64,000 nt of DNA, taken from NCBI RefSeq assembly GCF_006345805.1, contig NC_043009.1, positions 54,126,001 to 54,190,000 of the forward strand. Direction: 5' to 3'. Below the pieces are notes generated by a model, which was not told the DNA's origin, searched no databases, and saw only the letters and a list, made by a program, of their open reading frames with translations. Both the position numbers and the translations under genes were made by a program. Position 1 is the first letter of the stretch. Each line of letters opens with the position of its first letter. This document shows, in pieces, positions 12,351-25,789 of the stretch. Source of the DNA: Octopus sinensis (lineage: Eukaryota).

Positions 12351-12705
12351 ATGTGCAGATTTTTATGTTTTGTTTATGTGTGTTCCCATGCAAATAGTTG
12401 CATATCTAATCATACTCATATAAATGTTTAAATGATAAACTTCTGGAAAGTTATACAGACTTTTACAGTTCCAGTGATGGATTGGATGTGTAGTCTTCGA
12501 ATTAGCTTTCTCCTTTCTGGATTTGAGAAGCATGATTTCTCAAGATTGGTATTTAGGTAGTGTGTTACATAACCCAGGGCCCCAATAATTACAAGTACAA
12601 ATCTGAACTTGTAATCTGGATCGAGTACCTGCAGATTTCTCAATAGTTCACTGTCTGTGTTCTCTTTTACACCGATCTCTCAGCTTTATATTAACATCCG
12701 CTGAG
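12351..12705 (-). mobile_element. 3' fragment of a second RLE non-LTR family
   Basis: Translates ADVNIKL…[28 protein letters not shown]…GTVKVCITFQKFII*, homologous to 57860-58120. (TACA)n-like tracts lie on both sides. Confidence 0.8.
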
Positions 12706-13663
12706 CGTATGTGTGTATGTGTGTATGTATGTATGCATGTATGTATGTATGGATGGATGGATGGATGGATGATGGATGGATGGATGATGGATGGATGGAT
12801 GGATGGATGGATGAATGGATAGATATACGTACATCCGTACGTACAAGTTCCATCACCGAATTCATCCACACTCACTGAGGATATATCAGGATAATATTTT
12901 CCAAAGATAAAGCAAATTCGACACCGAATGACGTAGATTTGATGAAGACTGGTTATCTATTCATTCAAAACGCTGCGCCTATCGCTTTCGTAGCTCTTAT
13001 ACGCTGATGACTTATAATCGTTTAAATTCTCAGTGTACTGAAATATGTTCCCTGTGGTGGCTATGCAGAGGGGTAGGATTAATGTGGGGTCTGTAATCCA
13101 GTCATGTGCTGGATTGCAATTAGTGATAACGATGTTTTAACTGGGCAACTCAGATATCCTATTGTTGATGTCGGAAGACGATACGATACAAATCCACGAC
13201 GCCTGGGGTACCAGATATATCATGTAACACACTCAAACATAAAAATACACGAACGCACACACATACACATATAGATCTGCAATATGTAGTTATAATCACA
13301 GAAGCTTCTATAAAGGCAAAAACAAGCAAACTGGCTGATGTTGAGAATCATACAATCCCGGATACGTCAACTTCCGGTTAAGTATCTAAATGTCAGCATT
13401 AACTTGTAGCTACATACCTTGAGTATATTACCTTTATCATTAATGCGTGTGTGTGTGTGTGTGTGTGTTTATGTGTGTGCGTACGTGTGAGTGTGTGTAT
13501 ACACAGAGACAGAGAGAGAGAGAGATACATACATAGACATATATACACATACATGCATATACACACGCACTTATATGTATATATATATATATGTGTGTGT
13601 GTGTGTATAGAAATATTACATTTCTAAATATCTCAGAGAGATATAAGTAGTAGTGGTACGATC

Positions 13664-13860
13664 GAGTAGTTGTATACTGTCAACTTAATGTGGCAGTCCC
13701 ATGAAGGGAATCACACCACTGCTATATAGCCCTAGGAAGCATCAACGCTTCCTGTCGGCCTTGACACATTTCCTGTGCCCTTATGTTTACAAGGGTGCTT
13801 GTCACCCTTGTGATTCCCTTCATGGGACCGTAACAATAAATTGACAATATACAACTACTC
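13664..13860. mobile_element. MITE with ~50-bp terminal inverted repeats
   Basis: GAGTAGTTGTATACTGTCAAC…GTCCCATGAAGGGAATCAC versus GTGATTCCCTTCATGGGAC…TTGACAATATACAACTACTC; next to (TA)n. Confidence 0.8.
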
Positions 13861-13864
13861 TCTG

Positions 13865-13938
<74 letters not shown>

Positions 13939-14147
13939 AAGCTACAGAGAAAGACAGACAAACAGAGAGAGAGACAAAGACATAATAGTTTAAGCAGATA
14001 CACCGCAATATTTAGAGAATTTATAGCTAAGTCATATTTTCATCAGAGAGATCTCCGATTGTCACCATGTGTCATATTTCTCAATATTTAAATATCTACT
14101 TTGACTCATTGTTATTAAACATAATTTTGCACGCTATTTAACTACAC

Positions 14148-14212
14148 TATATATCTACCTTATATGACTATATATCTACCTTATATGACTATATATCTAC
14201 CTTATATGACTG
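14148..14212. repeat. 21-bp tandem repeat, about 3 copies
   Basis: Unit TATATCTACCTTATATGACTA. Confidence 0.85.
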
Positions 14213-16254
14213 ATACCTTATCAAGCTATCATCAGGTGACATAGTCTTGGATACGTATATAAGATCACTATTTCTAATCAATTATATTACATTTCATCTA
14301 AACGCCGTATTATATAGAAAACGAGATTTCGCATGTCTATGAAGCAATGGATAAATATATTATTAGCGTTTCTTTAGAAACTGAATCTCCTTAGCTCGAA
14401 TTAATATGCGTATGTATTCATATCGAAGATTAAGACACTTGACGACAGTCGGAAATCCAATCAAATTCCGATGGAAATAATCGGGATTTAATGCTGTTAT
14501 GAATTCTTTATCGACTTACGATTATTTTAAGCGAGTATGTTTCCCAACGAGATAAATTATGAACAATATACAGGCTTTGCAATGGAATTCATAAATGCTA
14601 TAAATAACAGCATTATGAATTAAAAACACAATCCTCAGTGGTGTGACTGCTTCTACGCTATAAATGTCCTTTCACATTAGAAACACAACGAAAGAAACTA
14701 GCATGTAATATTACAATGGATACAGCATACTATAAAATAGTTCAGAAAGCAAGTTTTCGGCGACTCAGTTTAGTTTATAGCCGAAAAGAATACTTGGAGT
14801 GAATTAACAAGCCATCAAATGTATCAAAAGTTGAAACAAAAACATCGAATCACTGTCCTCTAAGACGTCATACATCTACAGTTCTCTCCCACCTTTCTCT
14901 CTCTCTCGTTCTATATATTAGATGTAATTTTTCTTTAAACGTATGACTGCACCGAAATGGAAAATTTGCCATAAAAAGAACACTTATCTGAGGATCTAGT
15001 AGTTCTGCGAATTAGAAACTTATTGACATAGTTGTACACATAATGCTGAGAACATACTTTATCACTATAGGTGATATCAGCGAATGATATGGACGTACAA
15101 TGAATTTTAGCATCATAATTAATATTTAAAGTTTGTCTGTTACGGAAAATTCAGAAGCTACGATTTTTGTCCAGGATACATCTCTTTTATATACGTATTG
15201 TGTTAAAAAAGAACAATAATAGACGTCAGATCTACGCAATACAAAGTCACCCCAGAAGTGACCAGGAGAACCACAGACAAGTATTTCGCCGTTGTTGCAA
15301 CATTTCAGTATCAGTTACTCGTGACACTTCCGAAAAATAGTCGAATCATCCAGTCTGAACTACATAGAGATAGCATACAAACTGTACACTGATTTGAAAA
15401 GGCTCTGAATAAGGAGAATAAAATTCCTATTATGTTTTAGCAGTAGCTCTGTAGTAAAAACCTATCAATATAATATATTCAACACCTTTTGTGAGTGGTG
15501 GAAAAGCCACAAGCTGCGGTTTAGTTTTCAAGTTTTGTTGTCTCACATATCATGACGCGTATACAAAATAATGAAATGAGTACTAATTCTTAAAGTTAAA
15601 GTTTTTATTAAATCTAAAAAACATAAACCATATTTCTCATTTGAATTTTTTGCAATAATTATGTTATTAATAACAATAACTGTAAATTAATTAAAGTTAT
15701 AGCATATTGATTAATTCCAAATAAGGAAGCGTGATATGTTAGCGTGACCAAGCAATAATCAACAATGAATATTACTACTATTATTACTGAGACAAACAAT
15801 ATTGTCTTAATTTACTTTTATTTCTAATTATTTTTCAGTGTAAAGTGTAATTAAAAAATAAGTGAACTTCTTTTTTCTGATACACTAAGTGAACGAAACG
15901 AATTAGATTCGAGAACAAAGAGATTCCAACATCAGTTTGAGATGTATTATGTTATGCATGCGATGACCCAGCATCCGCATTTTCAGCGAGCGGCGTGAGC
16001 TTGCGGCTGGAAGAGCGAGCTCTTAGGTACATACACAGCAAGATGAGCCCCGAAAAGTCAAGAAGAATCCTCCACTATTTCCATTAAAAATATGAAAGGA
16101 GAGATGCTATACACACACACACACACACACACACATACATATATATACGCATATATGAATATGCAATATGTATGCGCGTGTATACATATATATATATATA
16201 TATATATAAATACACGCAAAGATAGAAAGAGTGAGAGAGCTCTACAGACAGGTA

Positions 16255-16308
16255 GATTGATAGATAGATAGACAGACAGATAAACAGACAGACAGATAAA
16301 CAGACAGG

Positions 16309-16392
<84 letters not shown>

Positions 16393-16469
16393 CATATAGA
16401 TAAAGAATCAGGTAGATAGATAGATAAATAGATAGACAGATAGATAGATAGACATATATAAAAATAGAC

Positions 16470-16516
<47 letters not shown>

Positions 16517-16521
16517 CAGAC

Positions 16522-16607
<86 letters not shown>
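16255..16607. repeat. (AGAT)n/(AGAC)n microsatellite
   Basis: Direct reading; representative of dozens of TA, CA, AGAT, ATAC and AAT tracts across the window. Confidence 0.95.
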
Positions 16608-16815
16608 CCTCACAGGTGAGACATGGATACATAGTATGATCGATATTACATCTAATTAACGATAGTGCAACGGTGCCACCCATCTCACCGTACCCCACTT
16701 ACCGCCTTTCATCCATATGTTCAGCAACCAATATTGACTGAACTGCTTGTATCCAAAGACTTCGTGTATTATTATTTCTTCACACATGCTGACGCAATCT
16801 CATTCACTGAGGCTT

Positions 16816-16857
<42 letters not shown>

Positions 16858-16902
16858 TCATTCGTCCATTATACATTCATATCTGCACAGCTACACATAT
16901 AC

Positions 16903-16940
<38 letters not shown>

Positions 16941-17040
16941 TCATATATACAAATATGTATATGTGTTTGTTCATATATATATACATATATATATATATGT
17001 TGATATATATATATGTTCATATATATATATATATATATTT

Positions 17041-17079
<39 letters not shown>

Positions 17080-17966
17080 ATTATAATTATATATATATAT
17101 ATATATACGTAACTATACACTCATGTCATATGAGGTTTGTATATGTATGTATATGCATGAATAATGTGTAACTTTTTGCTCGTGTTCCTGTCTTCCATGT
17201 AATATGTGTTTAGTTATATGCCTGCTCGTATGTGCTTTTTTTCTCGTTTCTCTTCTGTATATGTGAGCGCATGTGTTCATGACGTTGTAGACATTATTTT
17301 TTTTGTTTGAGTTGTGTATTCTATGTGTGTATTGTACCTGTATCTGAATGTGTGAGTCTACGAATGCAGGTATACTTAAATGTTTGTGTCTGCGTGCGTG
17401 AGTGAGACTATGTGTGTATGTGTCTTTGTGTGTTTGTGAATGTGTGTGTGCGCTTGTGTGTGTGTTGTATGTATGTGTTCGAGTCTATGTGTCTATGAAG
17501 CTGTATAACAAATGAATATTCAACCACAGTCCAGCTGTCATTGTCTTCAAACAGAGCACTGACAATTCTGATGATTATGATGATGACAATCATAATATAA
17601 ATCATCATCATTTTCCTTCCTCATCTTCAAAATCATCGTCATTTTCCTTCTCCTCCTAAACATGTCATCAGCACCATCATCAAATTGATCATCACCATCA
17701 TCACCCACCATCATCATCATCACCATCATCACTATAATTATCATCATCATCATCGTCATCATCATCATGAACTTTATCAATTTTAATCCATACATCAACA
17801 CTACATTGGATGTCATTCAAATTGTAATCCTGTTACAGCAAGATATTTCAGCAGTTTCGAAATTTTCACATTTTTTACAAAAACGGAAGACAAGAGAAAA
17901 TCAGAATTAGTGAATAAATCTGATCAGTAACTTAAACGTCGTCAGTTTCAATCTAAGTATAATTTG

Positions 17967-18360
17967 TTATGTGGCTGTGTGGTAAGTAGCTTGCTTACCA
18001 ACCACATCCTTCCAGGTTCAGTCCCACTGCGTGACACCTTGGGCAAGTGTCTTCTACTATAGCCTCGGGCCGATCTAAGCCTTGTGAGTGAATCTAGTAG
18101 ACGGAAACTGAAAGAAGCCAGTTGTACATATGTGTATATATATATATGTTTGTGTGTCTGTGTTAGTCCCCCGAACATCGTTTGACAACCGACACTGTTG
18201 TGTTTACGTCCTCGTAACTTAGTGGTTCTGCAAAAAGTATTCGATAGAATAAGTACTAGACTTACAAAGAATTAATCCTGGGGTCAATTTGCTCGACTAA
18301 GGGCGGTGTTTCAGCATGGCCACAATCACATGACTGAAACAAGTAAATGAGTAAAAGAGT
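17967..18360 (+). mobile_element. SINE family A, full length
   Basis: Colinear with the 11005-11417 copy. Confidence 0.88.
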
Positions 18361-18377
18361 TATTTATACAGGTGATT

Positions 18378-18720
18378 TGATGCAGGCATGGCGGAGTGGT
18401 TGAAAAGTTCGCTTTGCAGCCGCTTGCTTTCGTATTCAGTCCAACTAAGAGGCACATTTGCAATCGTCTTCCACAACAGCTTACAGCCGAACAACGCCTT
18501 GAGTGTGGTCTTCCTCGTGAGTGTCTCTCACCGTTTAACAATTGATGTTGGTTTGTGTATGTGTCCGTAACTTAGCGGTTCAGCATAAAAGATACTGATA
18601 GAATAAGTAGCGCACTTTAAAAAATGCTAAGTACTGGAATTGACTAAAAATAATCTTTCAAGATGATGCTCCAGAATGGCCGCATTGGAATTAGTGAGAG
18701 ACAAATAGAAATACAATGGT
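18378..18720 (+). mobile_element. SINE family A-related, old copy
   Basis: tRNA-like head GGCATGGCGGAGTGGTT followed by a diverged family A tail. Confidence 0.6.
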
Positions 18721-20164
18721 ATAAAAGTAAAAATATATTCTCTATCACAATTTATGAGTTTCTGAGCAATTATGTCCTTAATAACGTTAATCATTAAATT
18801 TCAAATTTAATTAAAACTTCACTCTTGTGACCGAGTCTCTCACTGGTTTTATAAAAGTGAAATTACGAATGAACATCTTTAACTAGACGCAGAACAAATA
18901 TTTGAAGCAAATTCGTCCCTGAATCGCTGGTCTTCCGATTTTTTTTGTCGCCGAAATATACATACATATACAATTCCGTCTCACAGATTCAAAATATAAG
19001 TCAACCAGCAAAACACACGCTCAAACACGCTCATACACACATTACGTACAATCAAACACAAAATCCACATATATCTTATATTAGGTGAAGTAAATGCACT
19101 CTGGTTAGAGGACGGGTAAGTATTCTATTAAAACATTTTAAAATATAAAGCAAAATGTAGTTGTACAAGCAAACTAACAGTTAGGCCAAGTTTAAAACAA
19201 AACAGTCAAAAACTTTATCAGCAATGAAAATATAAAAATATTCGTACGCTAGAGAAATCACCTACTGTATCGTACTTATTTCGATGTGACAATGACACAA
19301 CCTTTCACATCAAATACACAACAATGATGTCTGCTTGGCTTTTGACCATAAATGTAAAGCGGAGAAACATTTTTATTTATTATAGTATAGAGCACGGAGT
19401 AGTATTATTTACGAGAAAAAAAAAGAAGTGAAATGTTATCTTCATAGCAAAATAAAACTGATACGCTACGTATGAAATAGGATACGAAAGCAACCGGCAT
19501 TTCAGGGTGCGAAATAATTAAATTTAATGATAATGGACGTTATAGGATATATCTTTCCGATTTTCTTTAAGAGCCTACTACAAAGTGCACCACTATCGCC
19601 GCATCTTAAAGTTAGTTAGAGAAGGGTTTATAACGTTAATGGTCTTTGGAGTGATACTGTACAAACATTAGATCACGAATAATGAAATACAGAAAAATCT
19701 TTTATAAGAAACATTGGACTAGAAGACAACAGTCCAGTTTGTCAAGAAATATGTTTGAAAGATAGGTTCACTAAGAAATCTATGACACTTGTATAGAGAT
19801 TTTCAATTATTCCTTAAATTTCTTTTGTAAATGTGTGGGGGGGGAAAGGTGTTTGCGTGTGCTTGTGTGTGTGTATGTGTGTGTTTGTCTGCGCGTGTCA
19901 GTCTGTGTGCGTGAGAGAGAGAGAGAGAGAGAGAACATGTGTGTGTGTGTGTGTGTGTGTGTAGGTGCGTGATGTAATGGTTAAGGTAACTACAATTTCT
20001 GAATCGAGCAATACATTGAGTTCTTGAGTAAAATACTTTCTTTCGCGTAGCTCAAGTTCACTCAGAAAGCCCAACACCCACCCACCCACCCACCAAAATA
20101 AAATATAGGAAACATCACTTAAGAGCCCGGAAAGGACATTTGATCCTTACCGAGAACACACACA

Positions 20165-20195
<31 letters not shown>

Positions 20196-20249
20196 CACCA
20201 TATATATATATATATATATAATGAGTAAAACAGCTAGTTTTAAATCTTT

Positions 20250-20365
20250 GAAATATGAGTCAAAACAACTCTTAGCAACGTAAAGGCACTTTTCTAAGGG
20301 CTTTCCCCTGTCAACCATTAGAAAAGTGTTCTCATGTGGCTAAGAGTTGTTTTGACTCTTATTTC
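20250..20365. repeat. Fold-back (hairpin) element
   Basis: GAAATATGAGTCAAAACAACTCTTAGC versus GCTAAGAGTTGTTTTGACTCTTATTTC (one mismatch), plus inner CACTTTTCTAA/TTAGAAAAGTG. Confidence 0.85.
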
Positions 20366-20425
20366 TAAGCAACGGTAGTGCTCACTAGTACCCTCCGTCA
20401 TTTAGTGACTACTGTATTTGTTCCA

Positions 20426-20488
<63 letters not shown>

Positions 20489-20694
20489 TATAAATAATAT
20501 ATAATATATCATATAAATAATATATAAATATATGCATATATACATACATATATGTACATACCTACATATATATGTATATATACATGCATATATGGGTACA
20601 GGACATCAGAAAACATGGACAGAATGAGAAACGAGAACATAAAAAACAAAAACATAAAAAACAAACATTTTTCGAACAACGAAAAAAAGCAGAC

Positions 20695-20870
20695 TTTCAG
20701 GCGAGGGGTAAGTCGGCAAAATTGACCCGAGTGTTCAACTGTTAATTATTTTATTAATCCCGAAAGGATGAAACACAAAAATCGACTTCGGTAGAACTTG
20801 AACTCAGAAATACAAAGACAGCTTAGCATTTTGCCATGCCAGCTTACGATTCTGCTATCACGCCACATTA
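20695..20870 (-). mobile_element. SINE family B
   Basis: Reverse-complement similarity (GAAAGGATGAAA…GAACTCAGAA…TTAGCATTTTGCC). Confidence 0.7.
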
Positions 20871-21194
20871 CATATGTGTTGTTCTCTCTCTTACATTATC
20901 GACACAGGAACTTTAAATTGACAACAACATATTTAATTTTTGATACAGTTTATGTCTTTTGTTTTAGATAAAATAAAACAAAATCTCTGGAACTCTCAAT
21001 TAAATGTAATGCATTATCAATTCATCATGTACTTACATATTAATTTAATGATAGTTTCAAAATTATACGATTTGTAAAAGAATTCGATACATCAAACCTG
21101 TCATGAATTCCAATGCTCCTGACACACTACGAATAATGTCTTTAACTTGAAGTTTTGTACTGGAATAAAAAATGTATATCGTACATAATATAAA

Positions 21195-21965
21195 GGCGGC
21201 GAGCTGGCAGAGACGTTAGAACGCCGGGCGAAATGCATAGCGGTATTTCGTCTGTCTTTACGTTCTGAGTTCAAATTCCGCCGAGGTCAACTTTGCCTTT
21301 CATCCTTTCGGGGTCGATAAATTGAGTACTAGTTACACACTGGGGTCGATATAATCGACTTAATCTGTTTGTCTGTCCTCTCTGTGTTTGGCCCCTTGTG
21401 GGTAGTAAAGAAATAGGTATTTCGTCTGTCTTTACGTTCTGAGTTCAAATTCCGCCGAGTTCGATTTTGCCTTTCATCCTTTCGGGGTCGATGAAATAAG
21501 TACCAGTTAAGCACTGAGGTCGATATAATCGACTTAATACCTATGCCTGTCCATATTTGTCTCCTCTATGTTTAGCCCCTTGTGGGTAATAAAGAAATAG
21601 AAATAGGTATTTCGTCTCTCTTTATGTTCTGAGTTCAAATTCCGCCGAGTTCGACTTTGCCTTTCATCCTTTTTGGTCGATAAATTAAGTACCAGCTGCG
21701 TCCTGGAGTCGATCCAATTGACTGGGCCCCCTTGCCCCAAAAAATGTCGGGCTTTGTGCCAAGAGGAGAAAAGAATATTAAGGGGTCGAGTTGACAGAAT
21801 CATTAGCACGCCGGATAAAATGCTTTGTGGTGTGCCGTCTGTCTTTACGTTCTGAGTTCAAATTCCCCCGAGGTTGGCATTACCTCTCATCCTTTCGGTG
21901 TTGATAAAATAAGTACCTGTTGAGCACTTGAGGTTGATGTTCAAATCGCCTTTAACAACCCCTGG
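21195..21965 (+). mobile_element. Head-to-tail array of about four SINE family B units
   Basis: GGTATTTCGTCT recurs at 21242, 21416 and 21606; a fourth unit starts near 21790. The first unit carries the A-box-like TGGCAGAGACG and B-box-like GAGTTCAAATTCC. Confidence 0.9.
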
Positions 21966-22074
21966 AATTTCTGACCTTGTGCCAAAATTTGAAACCATTA
22001 TTAAAGCATTCTAATTTTAAATGATATTCTTTTTTTTCTACAATATTTAAATTTTAATATATGATATTGATCTC

Positions 22075-22715
22075 ATATTTTGGCACAAGTCCAGAACTTT
22101 TGAGGAGGTGTTAAGTCGATTACCTCAACTCAAATGTTAAACTGGTACTTATTTTAACACTGTCGAAAGGATGAAAGGCGAAGTCGATTTCGGCGGAATT
22201 TGAACTCAGAACGCAGACGAAATAGCGTTAAGCATTTTTCCCGGCGTGCAACCAACTCTGCCACCTCGCCGTCCCTATTTTAATGTATAATGTTCGTTTC
22301 AAATTTTGGCACACGGCCAACAGTTTTTGGTAGCGGCAAGTCGATTACATGGAACCCAGTACTCAAATGATACTTAATTTATCGACCCCGAAAGGATGAA
22401 AGGCAAAGTCGACCTTGGTTGAATTTTAATTCAAGACGGCCGAAGTGCCGCTATGCAAACGATTTTGCCAGCTCGCTACCTCCTTTTAATATATAATATT
22501 GATTTCAAATGTTGCCACAAAGCCAGCAATTTCGGGTGAGATATTAGTCGATTACATTGATCCAGTGCTCAACTGGTACTAATTTTATCGACTCCGAAAG
22601 GATGAAAGGCAAAGTCAAGGTCGGCGGAATTTGAACTCCTAAAATAAAGACGGACGAAATACCGCTGACAATTCTGCCCGGTGTGCAAAGGGTGCTACCA
22701 GCTCACCGCTTTGTT
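22075..22715 (-). mobile_element. Three SINE family B copies, minus strand
   Basis: GAAAGGATGAAAGGC recurs at about 22165, 22390 and 22597. Confidence 0.85.
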
Positions 22716-23930
22716 TTAGTATATAGCATTAAAATATAATATATAACAGCGAATAAAGAATACATTAGGTCCGGATTTGAAACCATTATTCAAAATTTAA
22801 TTTTTTTACTGTTATGTGTGTTAAATCTTAAATTCTCCCTATCAACACTCTCCACTCAACGGGACTGCAGCAATGTATCAAACTTTGCCAACTTAGGTTA
22901 TTACAGTTAATACATTAATTAACGAATGATCACAAACGGCAAAGCACTAAAACAATTCTTAAATGAACCAGGGACTGATTGTTGATCATAATATTATGCA
23001 GACAATTGAGACACTTGAACAACGATTTTCTATAAAATTACCGGCATGTTCTGTTTACAACGTTAATGGACTTCTTTCATGCAATACATGGGATTTTATG
23101 TATATGTTTGTATGTTGTAGGTACCTATTATATAATTTCATCTCATTCTGTGTTCTATATCATTTTATTAATTTTATTTATTTATTTTATTTCATTTTAT
23201 TTTTACCGTTTATAATCTGAGTTGTCTTATTTGATCACGTGGTAAACTACAATTAATATTTTCAATTCTACTCGTCTTCTTCTGTTACATATTATTGTCT
23301 CTACTTAAACTTTTGAGGTTTATACAACCAGCATTCTTATATTACAAGTCGGCTTTATTGAGATGTTGGCAATTCGCCAGGTAACATTCTTGAGGTCTTA
23401 TACATGTTAATGTCTGCATATCTGTGTAATAACACAATGTGTTTGTGTGTATGTGTGTACGTGTGTATACAAACTACGCATATTGTCTTAACCTAACTGG
23501 AAAGCTCGTACCACAATGTGAAATGCATACCGTACGTCATCTTAAAACATTTCAGTTTTAAATGCCTTTTGTGTTCTATATAATTTTTACTTTATAATAT
23601 TTTACTATATAACAGCCAGTAATGAAACACTGCATTCATGCATGCTTGTATGTATGTATATATTTCGTTTTGCACACAACATTCAGTACGGGTTATTGAT
23701 TTCAAGAAGCGTTGACTGATTGCTTCAACTTTCGACAGAATGACTGCCTCCAGCGGTGGTCGTACGGCATTAAAGCTAGCAGGAAATGCCTCGTCTCTTT
23801 TCTGCAGCACGTTTCTTTGTCGCCTATCATACATACAGCCAAACTATATTATGGTTTGTTTGGATGGTTGTGTGGATGACAGGCAAAAAATGAAACGAGA
23901 GAAATAATGAATAGGAACGAATTATATATA

Positions 23931-23977
<47 letters not shown>

Positions 23978-24406
23978 TAGATAGATATATATATGAAGTG
24001 GGAGAGGAGAAATAAAGGAAGAGACACACTGATAAACGAAGACAACTATACAAAAAATATCTATTTCTATCAATGTCAACGTTGCAATATAATGTCTATC
24101 ATATCATTAGGTAAAATTACATTTGGCAATCTAAATATATTTTTGCAGGTATTTGCCATCCTCACTGACAGATGAATAGTCTGTAGTTATGTATGCGCGT
24201 GAGCCGGTGAGTATGTCGGTCTCGAGTTAAAGAAGACGGGAAGGTACACAGAATCTAGTGACGCCAACCATACTTTCACCATAACATTTCATTTCCTTAA
24301 GTCTTTTATTCTAGTCAGCTTCAAAATCTCTTCTTAGGCCATCTCTTTCTTAGAATCTTTTACGTTCAGAAATTTCCTTTCTTTCCGTTTTATACATGTA
24401 TATATA

Positions 24407-24506
<100 letters not shown>

Positions 24507-24508
24507 TG

Positions 24509-24585
<77 letters not shown>

Positions 24586-25789
24586 ATGCATCTGTTTGTT
24601 TATTTTTTTAATGCTTTTTATGCCTTTATACATTTGTTTATTTGTTTTACTATTTTTACTTTTAATTCTTTCGCTTGCTTTTTCTGCAAGACTGTCTTTG
24701 ACTAAATGTCACTGAAAGAAAACTAACACCGTTTATTGATTCAAACGTTCTGACAATAATACCAATTGCCATTATTGCCTTTGAGACATCGCCACAGCTT
24801 TCTACATCCCGGTTTCCCTTCTTCCCTCGAAGTCATTCACTTTCTCTGTCTTTACACGTGCGCACACATACACACACACACACATATTTGTAAGCGTGCG
24901 TCTGTACGTGTCTGTGGGTATTTATCTCGCCAGATATCTATTTATCTGTTTCTTTCTTACCTGCTTGTCTATCTATCTATCTTTCACGTTCTGTTTCACC
25001 TTCCTGCTTTCTTCCTTGTCTGCCACAAAATCGTTTGAAATAGCAAATTTAATGAAAATAGACATATCAATCGTTTCGGCATTTACACTTAGACTTAGAT
25101 ATAAGTTTTAATTAAATGAAGGAAATAGTTTGATAGACCAAGCAATATAGAACGAGAAGAGCTTCTCGTGTCGTTTATTTCTTTAGTGAAGATTTTACCA
25201 AACTTGAAACTTAGCATTTAGGAAATTGAGACGATTTATTTGGTTTTACTACATTAGGTTTCTCTTGTCAATTAGTAATTCACTGCATCAATCAAGGATT
25301 CTATATATACTGATTAAAACAATGTCAGTTAGGTGACCACAGCCGCCAGTAAAGTTTTCAACCAGCGACATATCACGTAACTAACTAACTAAACAACTAC
25401 ACAACAGGGGTGAGACTTTTCGAGGTATTTCGACCGTCTAGAAACCGCAACCATATCTCCCTCATATCATACTCTACTGACTATAGAAAAATGTCACTTT
25501 GACGAATATGGTCCTTGATAGCCTTTGTCTGAATCCCTTTAATTATATATTGACTGGAAAAGAACAGGTCTCGGGCTAAATAGCGAAAACAACAACAGCA
25601 TCACTCAAGCAAACATAATTAACCCACAAAACAACAGCCTCTGTCTGACCTGAGGCAAAATAATGGCCAGATCTTCGAATTACACGCTACACGTTGAATA
25701 ACGAATTTTTAAGCTCATAATACTCGAGACAATGACGAGTGAGTCATGGGTGGAACACCTTTTCACTCAAAGGCAGTTTTGTGCTTAAA

